Source: Callorhinchus milii | Taxonomy: Eukaryota | Direction: 5' to 3' | Length of the DNA: 64,000 bases | Assembly (NCBI RefSeq): GCF_018977255.1 | Contig: NW_024704743.1 | Span: 16,184,001 to 16,248,000, forward strand | Part shown: piece by piece, positions 24,679-36,625 of the stretch | Position numbering within the stretch: the stretch's first letter is position 1 | Layout: each line of letters begins with the position of its first letter | Made by a program: the position numbers and the translations under genes | Notes under the pieces: model-generated | Told to the model about the DNA's origin: nothing | Database searches by the model: none | What the model saw: only the letters and a program-made list of their open reading frames with translations

Positions 24679-27600
24679 ACAGGGAGCGATGCCAGGACAG
24701 CGCGGGGAGGAGCTGGGCCTACCTCTCAGGTATTTAAACTCGACGCGGCAGGGACTGCAGCTAGTACAGGGCTGTGGGGCTGAGGAGGGAACGGGTGGGG
24801 GCAGAGCGGGGGAACCGCTGACGTCATAGTTGTAGTTTTCAGAAGTGTGCGCGCGCAAAAAAAAAAAAAAAAATCCTCTGCGCACCCACTCCTCCACCCC
24901 AGGGCTCACATCAGGGCCCACCATGGTCCTGTTAGGTTGGCTGCCCCAGCCCCAGCCCATGGGATAATGTGTCCATCCACCTGACCGCTCGCTCCCGGTC
25001 CCCGCGTGCGTAATATGGCTGCCGCTATGACCCGAGCCCCCTCACCCCCTCACCCCCTCCCTCCCTCCACCCTCCTCTCTACCCCCAAACCCTCCCCCTT
25101 CTGTATCTCTCCCGCTCTCTCCTCCTCTCTCTCCGTCCCTCTCGCCTTCTATCCCCACTTGACCCTCCCACAACCTCCCTCTGTTCCAGCCTGGGAATCC
25201 TCTGCTGGGCTCACCGTGGCACTCGGCGTTGGCTATCCAGCAGCAGCCACACCGACTGCTTCATTTCCCACCACACTCGCCAGCCACCCCAGATACAGAC
25301 CCGGGGAGCCAACCTCTCCTCCCTTATCCCCATTTCCCCACCCCTGCCTCACAACCTGGACCCCCCTTCCTCCCCACACACCCTTCTGTCAACCGCTCCA
25401 TCCACATCGGACTACAAAACGTCCGCTCCCTCTGTAACAAGGCCCTGGTCATCAACGATCTCATCCTTGATGAGAACGTTGATATCATGGCCTTAACGGA
25501 AACCTGGCTCACCCCAGGCGACACCTTCCCCCTCACGGAGGCCACACCACCCGGCTACACCTCCCACCACATCCCTCGCCCCAACCGCCGTGGCGGTGGT
25601 GTTGCCCTTATCTCAAGGACACCACTTGCCCTATCCCCCTACTCCTCTGGCTCTTTCCCCTCTTTTGAGCACCTCACCCTCTCCCACCCCTCCTTCCTCT
25701 CACTTAAAATCCTCCTCCTCTACCGGCCCCCTAAAACCTCTCCCACCTTCATCTCTGATATCTCAACACTTCTCACATCTCTCTGCCTCTGCTCTGATCG
25801 CCTCATCATCCTGGGCGACTTTAACCTGCACTTCACCCCCTCCTGCTCAATCTCCTCAGATTTCTCTTCCCTGCTCTCCTCGCTCAACCTCTCCCTCCAC
25901 ATCAACTCCCCCACTCACAGTCACGGCCACCCACTCGACTTGGTGATCACCCGGGGCCTCAGTGTCTCGGATGTCACCATCACCGACAAGGCCGTCTCCG
26001 ACCACCACTTCATCTCCTTCACCACCTCCACCCCCTCCCCACCTCCACCAGACCCACCACCATCTTCTACCGCCCCTGGAAGAAGTTACCCCCTCAATCC
26101 CTAACCTCTGCCTTGGAGTCCTCTGAACTCCTCTCCCTCTGGCCCTCAACCCTCACCGAAACCTCTTCTGCTCTCACCCTCCTCCACAACACCCTCTCCT
26201 CCACACTTGACACTCTTGCCCCTATCACCTCCCGTACTGTCTCCTACTCTCGCTCCTCCCCCTGGTTCACCACCCACCTCCGCTCACTGAAGAGCCAGGT
26301 GTGGGCCACTGAACGCACCTGCGTCAAATCTGGCCTAACGGTCCACCGACAAATCTGGCTGGACCTCCTCAAAATCTACCGCTCCACTCTAGCCTCGGCC
26401 AAGTCGTCCTTCTACTCCAGGATAATCCTGGAGGCGAAGGACAACCCCAGGCTACTGTTCTCTACCACATCCAACTCCTCCGTCCCCCCGGCCACCCTGC
26501 GCAGGTCATCTCCTCCAACCTTCACTGCGAGGAGATGCTGGATTTCCTTGAATCCAAGATCAAGGGAATTCGCTCTGCGGTCACTTCCCCTCCAACATCC
26601 ACCCACCACCCACCCCTTCCATCCCACACTCCGACTCCTACCCATCCTCCCCTACACACCTTCGTACCCGTTTCCCCATCCTCTGTCACCAAACTCATCC
26701 TCTCCCTGAAGCTGCCCTGGTCAAGGTCACCAATGACATCCTGACCATCTGTGACCAGGGCTCCCTCTGCCTCCTCGTCCTCCTCGACCTATCGGCAGCA
26801 TTCAATACGGTCGACCATGCTATCCTCCTCCACCGCTTGTCCTCCCACCTAAACCTTCAAGGCCCTGTCCTTGAGTGGTTTAGGTCGTACCTCTCCCAAC
26901 GTCTTCACTTTGTCTCCACAAATGGTTTTTCCTCCGGCCCCCGCACTGTCTCGTGCGGTGTCCCTCAAGGCTCTGTCCTCGGTCCCCTCCTCTTCACCCT
27001 CTATATGCTCCCCCTTGGTGACATCATCCGCAGACATGGAGTTAACTTCTACATGTATGCGGATGACACCCAACTCTACCTTTCCTCCTCTACTCTCAAC
27101 TCCACGACCACCGATGTCCCGACAGCTGCCTGTCCGACATCGAGTCCTGGACGAGAGATAACTTTCTCCAGCTCAACGTGCGCAATAACTGAGGCCCTCC
27201 TGATTGGCTCACGTCAGCGCCTCCGCACCTCAGGCGCTGACAGCATCAGCATCCAAGGCTGCACTCTCCACCTCTCAAAGCCAATCAGGAACCTCGGGGT
27301 TCTGTTCGACCCTGAGCTGTCCTTTCTCCCTCATATCCGCACCACAACTGGCACCGCCTTCCATCACCTCCGGAATGTCGCCGGACTACGGCACTCCCTC
27401 ACCCCTCACGCTGCTGAAACACTGGTCCAGGCCTTTATCACCTCAAGGCTGGACTATGGGAACTCTATCCTCGCCGGCCTTCCCTCCACCTCCCTCCACA
27501 AGCTGCAGGTCATCCAGAACTCTGCAGCTCGTGTACTGTCCCACACCAGACTTCGCAACCACATCACTCCCACCCTCGCTCACCTCCACTGGCTCCCCAT

Positions 27601-28053
27601 CCCCCAGAGGATCAAATTCAAGATCCTCACCCTCACCTACAAGGCCATTCACGGCCTTGCTCCCTCCTACCTCTCCGACCTACTATCCCCCTACCTACCT
27701 GCCCGTTCCCTCCGTTCCTCTGGCTCCGGTCTGCTCCACATCCCCCGCCCCAACCGCCCTACCATCAGTGGCCGGGCCTTCAGCCTCTCAGCCCCTAGGC
27801 TCTGGAACTCTATCCCCCAGTGCCTTCGCCGCGTCCTCCCTTTCCTCCTTCAAGGCCGGTCTCAAGACCTTTCTCTTTGACCGTGCCTTCAGCTCCCCTC
27901 TCGACTCTCTACCCCCTCCTCGCTCCCTCCCTTCCCTCCCCTCACCCTGACCATTTCCCCCCTGCTCGGGTCCTGACCCAACTGTACAGCGCCTTGGGAC
28001 GTCCTCCCGACGTGAAAGGCGCTCAATAAATGGAATCTTGTTGTTGTTGTTGT
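24679..28053 (+). mobile_element. L2-clade LINE, near full length, frameshifted, with an internal deletion in the RT
   Basis: APE endonuclease motifs (GLQNVRSL, MALTETWL, RGGGVAL, ILGDFNLH, SDH) in ORF 25229-26104; RT motifs GVPQGSVLGPLLF and YADD (27056-27067); L2 C-terminus LHWLPIPQRIKFK; 3' stem-loop and (TGT)n tail; both ends defined by the SINE it interrupts. Confidence 0.95.
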
Positions 28054-28649
28054 TTCACTGGGTATTTTCTGGGTGAAAAAGCAGCAGCCAATTGCGTACA
28101 GCAATGTCCCACAACAGACATGGGGCGATTGACCAATTTCATTTGGGGGATTGTTGACCAGATCACTGGGAGAAATTCCCTTTTCTTTTTCGAACAGTGC
28201 CATGGGATCTTTAATATCCATCTGAATAGACAGACGGGACCTCGGTTAATCCATGGTGAAATTAACACCCTGCACAGAATTGTGGAAAATTCTTTATATT
28301 CATTAATAATTTGGAAATTGGCTTTGCAACATTCTTGAAAAGAATTGCTTCTAAATTAAGACCGAATTTAAAACATTTCCAAAATCTTACATTTTATAGT
28401 AACGTTTCTAAGGCCTTGGAAACAAATGTATTTAAGTAGCAAAAATAGGAGGCACATTAATGAGACAGAATCACTCATCTACCTCCATTGATGGGATTCA
28501 ACTTGCCAAAAGGAAAGTTGAAAGAGAATGGAGTGGAAGTTGACACACCCTATACCGTATCCAAACTGTGTGAGGCAGCAATAAACAACTGAACAAACTG
28601 CCCCAAGCTTCATTGGCAAATCAGTTGAGTTCAGTTCCCCCACAAGTCA

Positions 28650-29020
28650 TGCTCAAGGTATCCTGGTCAGGCCACACCTTGAGTAGAGGGTACAGTTCTG
28701 TTCATTGTCATATAATGGACTCACCAGGTCCTGCAGAGAACAGTGAAAATTATGCTCATTGTTAGAGCAATCAGATCTGAAGAAAGACTAGATAGAATTG
28801 TAATGGACAATTTCAAGAGACACCAGGAAGTTTCCTTTACCTAGAATATAATTAACGATTAGAACAGGTTGCCAGGAGGTGAAGTAGAAGCCAGAAAACA
28901 AGACTCATTTGAAAAACAGCTTTGTGCTGTGATGTAAGGATGGTGGGGTGGGTATTCTGGAAGGATGAGATCCGAGGATCTGAAGGGCCTTTTTTAAAAC
29001 TAATTCTGTGATCTTGTGAA
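28650..29020 (+). mobile_element. Second CR1 family 3' remnant; related copies at about 4520-4945 (+), 12090-12390 (-), 22885-23010 (-), 37285-37530 (-) and 55945-56045 (-)
   Basis: LVRPHLE-like codons, then the shared 3' UTR gggtattctggaaggatgag...ttcttcatc...tgtgatcttgtg. Confidence 0.65.
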
Positions 29021-29619
29021 GTCAGGGATCTTCATGCCTTGAAAAGAGACTTATAGATGTGTGGATGATCCATTTATAATGCAGTAATCTTATGATTTGG
29101 TGTTTCCTATGCTTTCATTGGGAATGCCACTGATTTGACACAGTTAGATTATTCCTCTCTCAATGAACATATAACAGATTAAAGGAAACGTCAATGTAAA
29201 TGTAATTTAAAAAGTTAACAACATTTTCAACAATGAGAGCTAGGTAGAACTGAGATCTAGTGCATCATCAAATTCCATATCAGAGAGGGACCAGAGCTCA
29301 CGAACTACCGTTCATGAGTTTTATCCAGTTTGCCTTACCTGTGGGAACAGAGATCACATTTTAGAATTGAGTTGGGCATTGTGTCCAGTTCTTCTACAAT
29401 CACTGGGGTTGGTATTGATACTGGTGTTGGTCTTAGTACTGGTGGGCAAATGTGGCAGACACAGCAATGTCTCACAAACAGCCATGAAGTGATTGACCAA
29501 TTTTATTTGGGGGATTATTGGCCGGGACACTGGTAGAAATTCCAATTTTCAAGCAATGCCATTTGATATTTAGCATCCACTTGGTTCCTCAGGCAGACTG
29601 GAACTTGGTTTAACGTCTC

Positions 29620-29832
<213 letters not shown>

Positions 29833-30653
29833 GAGTGTACTTATTTTTCAAAGGATAACAACTCAAGAGCACCTTCTTTTTCACAGTAAGAAGTTCACGA
29901 TGAGGGTAAAAAACACACAAGATTTTCACAGATGGAGTTGCATGAGATTTGAGCTGTCGGTGACCAGAATCGTGTCACGCTGATCCGTGGACAGGAAGTA
30001 GATTGGTGTCAGAGTGGCGATCCTGCAGGTCGGCATGACACACTTCCTGCTACTGGCAGGAGTCGCTATTTGTGAATCCTGTGTGACTCCGATAGTAATA
30101 ACTCCACCTCCCCACCGGCCGGCGACGTGTTCTGACACTGTTAAATGCTCTTTAATGTGAGTGATTGTTGAGGCAGTAATAACTTGCACATATAAAGCAA
30201 CCTTCCATGTGAAAAAAATTAAACACTGGAAAAAGCATAAAATTGGGACATAAACCCACAACTTGCATTGATGTAGCCCCTTTACATAGGACAATGTGTC
30301 AGAGGGATTCACGAAGATTTTCTTCTTTCTACAGGTGGGTATTATTCATGGTGAGAGGCATATTCCTAAACTTATGCTGATGGAGGTCAGACAAGAGCAA
30401 CTGCTGTGGAACATTAGCTCTACACACAGTCCACACAGGTGGTACTGAGAAACCCTTAGTAGCCCAGTGTCACAGAAATTATTGAGCAGTTCACAGGGTT
30501 GCTTTCAATGGATAAAGAGCCAATGCAGCAGACTTTACAGTGATTAACATAATAAAAATCTCAGACAAAGTTAGATTCAACTACCTGGAGTTGACCACTG
30601 TGCGAATAATGTTGCAGAAGCTGACTTGTATGAAACCTCTCATAATAGGTACT

Positions 30654-31011
30654 ATAATAATAATATTCCTTGCATTTGACATAGCGCCTTATCATGTCTT
30701 TGAGACGTCTCAAAGTGCTTCACAAAATATACTGTAAAGTGAATTGACTATATTTTGTGTGCAAACCGCGCACAGCAGTGTCCCACATCAGTCGTGGATT
30801 GAGTGACCAGTTTATTTATTTTTGAAGGAATTATTACCCCTGGAAAAGCAATCCGCCAATCGACTAACAACCAGGCTCCTAGTTATTGCAAGGTAAGCAG
30901 AGCCGTGTGGAGGAAGGAAACTTGTCCAATGTTTCACCCTGCCTGCCGGGAATTGAATCCAGGTCTCGCGCTTGAGAGGCGAGTGCTCTAACCACTGAAC
31001 TGCAGGACTCC
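30654..31011 (-). mobile_element. Same SINE family, long subfamily, full length
   Basis: Reverse complement of the consensus with head, core and tail. Confidence 0.88.
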
Positions 31012-31522
31012 TTTCTCCTTCCTTTCTGACACTATACATGTGTAATTCAGAGAGTTTAATTGTGTTGAGCTTGCACTCAGCTGTGGTGGCCCTGACAAGT
31101 CTGTCCAAACATCAGGGAATTAGAAACCTGTCAGTGGGGATGCTTGCATCCCAGATTGAAGTAGTTTCTGCTATAAATACCACTCCTCGTTCATACAAGT
31201 AAAAAAGGAAAAGTTCTGCAAACTATTCCTCTGACCAAGAGAAGTCAGTATTGCAGGACGTAACCATGCAGGTCCCACAACTACACTTAACCTCACAGAA
31301 CAGACATAATAAAAGGGAAGTGCCTGAAGATCTAATAATGTTGTAAGTAATGGTGCATTGCTCCCAGTAGAAGAAGGATTTGTAACAGAGAACAGGATTT
31401 ATACTTAACCACTCCCAATATCTTTGGCGTGGGGCTGAGAGGAGCTATGTACCTCCAGGGCTCCACTAACCAACATTAGGTTTTAATGTTATTAAAGAGC
31501 CTGCTGTGCAAATGGCATTACC

Positions 31523-31768
31523 AGAATACACTGTAAAGTGAATTGACTGTATATTTGTGGGCGAACGCGGCAGCCAATTGCGCACAGCAATGTCCCACAA
31601 ACAGTCGTAGATTGAAAATGACCAATTTATTATTGTTTTGTTTTGGAGGGATTATTATTAGGCGTGTGGAGTAAGGAAACTTGCCCAAGGTTTCCCCCTG
31701 CCTGGAATTGAACTCAGGTCTCTCACTTGCAAAGCGAGTGCTCTAACCACTGAGCTACAGGACTCCAC
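31523..31768 (-). mobile_element. SINE, short (young) subfamily, 3' tail missing
   Basis: Nearly identical by eye to 50512-50767. Confidence 0.88.
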
Positions 31769-33269
31769 ATTGTCCATTTAGGATCACCCTAACTGTTAGG
31801 GCTTTGGTTTGCAGAATTAATAGGAGCTGAGTTGGAAGAGTCCCTGCCCTCAGTCTGATCCTCTAAGTCCTGCCGATGAGCCAGGCTGGCTGGTCTGTGA
31901 TCAGCTGTGCCCCTGAATACTGCGAACCTGCCCGGCTCAGGAATCGGACTACCGAGACCATTCCTATATTCCTTTTCCAAGCATGTCATTGTGGAGCCAC
32001 TTCAGCTCCAAGGAGATGTCGCTTACCTCCTATCCCCCCATCAAGAATAGAGTATTATGTGCAAATGGCTGGTGTGTTTGCCAACAACAACAATCACTGA
32101 TTGGACAGAAATGACCTGTGAGGTGCTTTGAGATGACTTAAGGTGCTAAGTTGCTATGAAATTTAAAGATTTTCTTCATGGAAGGGAATTTTTCCAGCAG
32201 AAGTTGAGAGCGTTCCCACCTGGATTTATACAGCAGTGGTGTGAATTGATGTTGTGGTGTAACCTCAGCCCAGCTCTAGTCTGATTTCCTTTGTGATCAC
32301 GCATTGCGCACAAAAGTTTCTACCGAGTTGTTTTGCAAGTATAGACTGGGCCTAAGTGATTGATGTTAAATTTAGAGACATTCATTTAAAATAGTCAAGG
32401 TGAAGTGAAAATGTGACATCTGGACCGAGAAAACAATTGAAAACGCAGACCAGGGATCGGAAACCAAAAGGCTGGCCCCCAAACTGCCTTTGGGATCAGA
32501 ATGTATTCCTGATTTTTTTACACATTGAACCCCGTAATTCAATATCACATTCTCAACCCCATTGTTGGCAACAAACGACAGCTTTAAATCATGCACAGAT
32601 TGATGCAAATCACTCAAGCAGAGCATGCGGATTTAATACCGTCACATTTAAGGTTCTCTGGAATGGCAATGGATGTAACGTAAAGGTTAAGGTAAGCTGA
32701 TAAACAAGGGATGGAGTGGAAGGCACATTGTTCAGACAATCTTCCTTTAATGGGCGCTGTGTGCACCTGAGATAAGATGATTCATTGGATCATGCTCCAC
32801 TGTGACAAGGTTCATCGTTCAACCCTCTGAGTACTGATGGAGCAATTCTGTACCCACCCAGTAAAGATGACAAGGTCAGCAATTTACTGTTACTCAAAAT
32901 ATATCTTTGCCTATATTAGATTTTGCTCAAAGGGTCTTTTATATATCAAAATATTTGTCAGCATTTTGTAAGCGTGACATAACTGTAACAAGCACTAATA
33001 ATAAAATGCTCCAGCCTCCAATTCCATCACAATAGAAAACAAGGTTATTTCTCAATGTTTCTAATGATCATGAAATCCAAGGCAAGTCCTTTGCAAAATA
33101 GAAATCAAAATTAAAAGGCATGTGTTTTTTTTCAAAGTGTTGTTTTGTGAAATTGTCAGTTCTGAAAGGAGAGTCTTTGTGCCTTTGCAGAGAATGTTTT
33201 CATGGCGATATTAGCTTTTTTGGGGAGCATGATTTTCCGTCATTAAGAATTCATAGTGGCTTGACTCAC

Positions 33270-33401
33270 CTGGCCTTGTGCATTCGTGACTAGCTGAGAG
33301 GTCACCCCTTGCAGGCTGGAGAGTGCGTTGCTGAAGGCCTGTGAACCAGCCATGGAACCCATTGCTGCTGCTGCTTGACTTGCCAGAGGATTATTAACCA
33401 A
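33270..33401 (-). CDS. POU6F2: POU6F2 internal coding exon (132 bp, phase 0/0): LVNNPLASQAAAAMGSMAGSQAFSNALSSLQGVTSQLVTNAQGQ
   Basis: Acceptor GTTTTTCAG|TTG and donor CAG|GTGAGT on the minus strand; 44 codons; peptide matches the POU6F2 segment I recall (LVNNPLASQ...QLVTNAQGQ). Confidence 0.93.
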
Positions 33402-34992
33402 CTGAAAAACAACAGCAATGGCATTAATGTGCAACACATTGTTAGTAACCTTCACACATTACTCAGGCTAATTATGGCCTTTACGTAAGGATTTCATTTG
33501 AGATTAAAATGTGCTACTCTATGGAGGCATTTTATAAGAGAGGACGCTCAATTACAAAAACGTAGTACATATAAATTGATTAAAATGCTGTATAATTAAA
33601 TCCAATTATAACATCACATCTCACTCAGACTAACGATGAGTGGAAAATGCATTCAAAGCAATATCATGTGGTTGGATAATTTTAAATTTTAAATGGAGAT
33701 TTTAAAAGAAATAAAATTCATGTTGATTTTTTACATTCTTTGTTTTTCCATCCATCTACCTTTGTCACAATATTGCCGGAGTTTCAGTGCTTATTGGGTT
33801 AGGCTTGTGACTAGCCAAGGTTCTTATGACCGACACAATACCATAGCCACATGCAAAAGGGAATCACGTGCCTCACCACACAGTTCCGACAATGAGAGGA
33901 ATTCAGATACTAATACATTGCAGTGACCTAACCTGTCAAAACCCGCAAACTCCTTTTGACTCTGAATTATTGCACATCTTTGATGGCCCAAGGCCTAGAG
34001 AGAAGGTTTACAATGAGCTAAAACCTTGGCTTGCAGGACATGCTCTAATTTCAGCCCTATCAATTATGTATTTTTTGCTGAAATGCTTAAATGTCTTTGA
34101 GTTCTCTCTTAATTATTAACCACATATTTTAGCATCCTCGAATTTGTGCTAGTTCAATATTGATAAAACCATTCAGTAGACTCCCGAACTAATCTCATTT
34201 GGGAATGTGATACAATTTCTGCTCTGAAAGCCTGAGAAAGAAAAAAAAACAGAATTGGATTATAGTTTGTCCAAAAACACAAGATGAGGAACGTCCTTCA
34301 GATCTGTGGATTGTTCAATTCCTGCTTGATAATACATTAAAAATTCACATGAAATGTTTTTACTCAGATAAGAAAAGGTGGCTGCATTGTGAAAGCTGCC
34401 AAGAATTCTGCACTCGGAAGGATACAAGCTCCTATTAGGAGCATAGTGAAGCCTTCAGAAGCTTCTAATCACATCATCATCTAACAAACGTATGAGCTGT
34501 ACGTCTCTCTTACATTTTGGTTTTTATTATAACCAGGATTGTACCATCACCTTATATCTAAATCTGTCCACTCAAAGCCCCTTTTTTCAATTAAGCAGAA
34601 TATCAAAGATTATCTATTGTACATTTTGACTACAGATCAGTCTGAGCTGAAGTCTACATAGGATGATTTCACCTAGGTCTGGATTTATTCTATTTTCTGT
34701 ACTTTCGTTGAAGATCATAAACAAAACCCAGTTTCAAAGTTAAGGCTGAGTCCAGCAATTCGCCAAATTTTGGATGCTACAAAAGTAGAACATACGTAAC
34801 TACACCTAGGTGGAATTTTACCCTATTAATTTAGAAATTCCTAAGCAATAAGCACAGAGTAAAACTGCGATCTCTCTGTCAGCCGAAATACAACTTGGCT
34901 ACACCCACATTGAAAACAGATTGTGTATGTGTGTGTATATGTGCAAAATAATAATAACTTCTCATAATAAATGATAAGCTATGCGGTTTTGA

Positions 34993-35075
34993 GCTTGGGA
35001 ACCCCAAAGTGTGCGTTGGGGTATTCCTGGTTGGACTCCAGCAGTACCCCAACGCACACTTTGGTGTCCTCAAGC
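34993..35075. repeat. 83-nt inverted repeat (38-bp arms, 33/38 complementary, 7-nt loop)
   Basis: Left arm 34993-35030, loop ttggact, right arm 35038-35075. Confidence 0.92.
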
Positions 35076-36059
35076 CTTGGCTCTTGCCAACCTGTGCCTA
35101 ATACTCTCTGAGATTAGTTAAGCAGGATCTGTCACTCCAGGGAGAGTGTACATTCTGTTTCAATAATCTATATCTGGAATTTCCATGTATAGGTGAGATG
35201 TATGAAATTCTTAGTTTGGTTTGGATACGCTGAAGCATGGTGATGGGTTTCCATCCTGCTTACCTAATTCCGAAAAGTAAGCAGAGTTCTCTTTGGTGTC
35301 CTCACTCAGGATGTCTAATGGTTAGATCCCATTCTAACACCATTATATTTTGGGGACTCTCTACTCACCATGTCTTCCTTTGATGTAATTGCTCCCTGCC
35401 AGGTGGGACCACAGTTTCTTTGGTTTGGCCCCACAGAGAGAGGGACAGTGAATGACAGTCCTGCTGTGCAATCTCCAGATGCTTGATATGGGCTCCAGGA
35501 GGACAACAAATATTTACCCTGGCATTATTCTTATTAAAAGCAGCTTTCCTGGGATCAGTCTAGAGATGCTGTGGGACAGAGACTGTCTCCCCTGTCACCA
35601 ACAGTGACGTGTGATTGATGCTGGATGTGGTGCAGATAAATGACTTCTCTCACTTAAGAGAAGTGTGTGTATGTGACTGATGGTGGTGATGAGACAGGCC
35701 AGTGGAGGAACATACTTTCAAAAGCCACTGATCGAGAGAAAGTCAGTTGAATAGGAGGCAGCAGCAACAGGCCACTCAGGATCAGATGCAGAAAGAGAAC
35801 TGAAAGAGCAAATTAAATATCAGGGACAACCAAACAGGAAGACATGGAGTTTGGTTTTACAGCTGAACATAGCTGGAACGCAATTTGCTCTCATCTATTT
35901 GGCACATAAAACATTCAGGACATGAGCTACGAATTCAACCTGATTTCCACTCTAGGATTGTCTATGCCTGGGGATTCTCAACCTTTTTGATGCCAATGTT
36001 TCGATCAGTTTCTTCTTTCAAATGTGAGGGACCATTAGTAAATGTGCCTGTCAGTTTAA

Positions 36060-36625
36060 ACAACAACAACAAAATTATATTTGTAAAGGGTCTTTCACGT
36101 CGGGAGGATGTCCCAGGGTGCTGGACAGACAGAGTTACGGACCCGAGCTGGGGGTCAGGGGTCGGAGAGGGTGGAGGGCAGAGGGGGGGAGGCAGGGAGA
36201 TCGAAAGCACGGTCAAAGAGGAGGGTCTTGGGATGGGTCTTGAAGGTGGCGGGGGGGGCAAGGTGGAAGGACTGTGGGATGGAGTTCCAGAGGGTGGGGG
36301 CAGAGTGGCGGAAGGCCCGCCCGCCAATAGTGGGGCGAACGAGGCGGGGGACTTGAAGCAGGCCAGAGCCCACTGAGGGGAGGGAGCAAGCAGGATGGCA
36401 GGAGATTAGGAGGTCATAGAGGTAGGGGGCAGCAAGACCATGGTGGGCTTTGAAGGTGAGGACCAGGAACTTGAACTATATCCTCTGTGTGATGGAAAGC
36501 CAGTGGAGTTGGGCAAGGATGGGGGTGATAGGGTCGTGGAGCCTGGTGTGGGAAAGGACACGGGCTGCAGAGTTCTGGATGATCTGCAATCTATGGAGGG
36601 AGGAGTTGGGGAGGCCGACAAGCAA
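36060..36625 (-). mobile_element. L2 3' fragment
   Basis: LQ.IQNSAAR, LHWLP, PTIGGRAF, LWNSIP motifs and a (TTG)n tail. Confidence 0.88.

Noticed and set aside
25229..27880. Intact autonomous LINE or domesticated RT gene
   Set aside because: Several frameshifts and an RT deletion break the reading frame, although some single-base frameshifts in C-runs could be sequencing errors.
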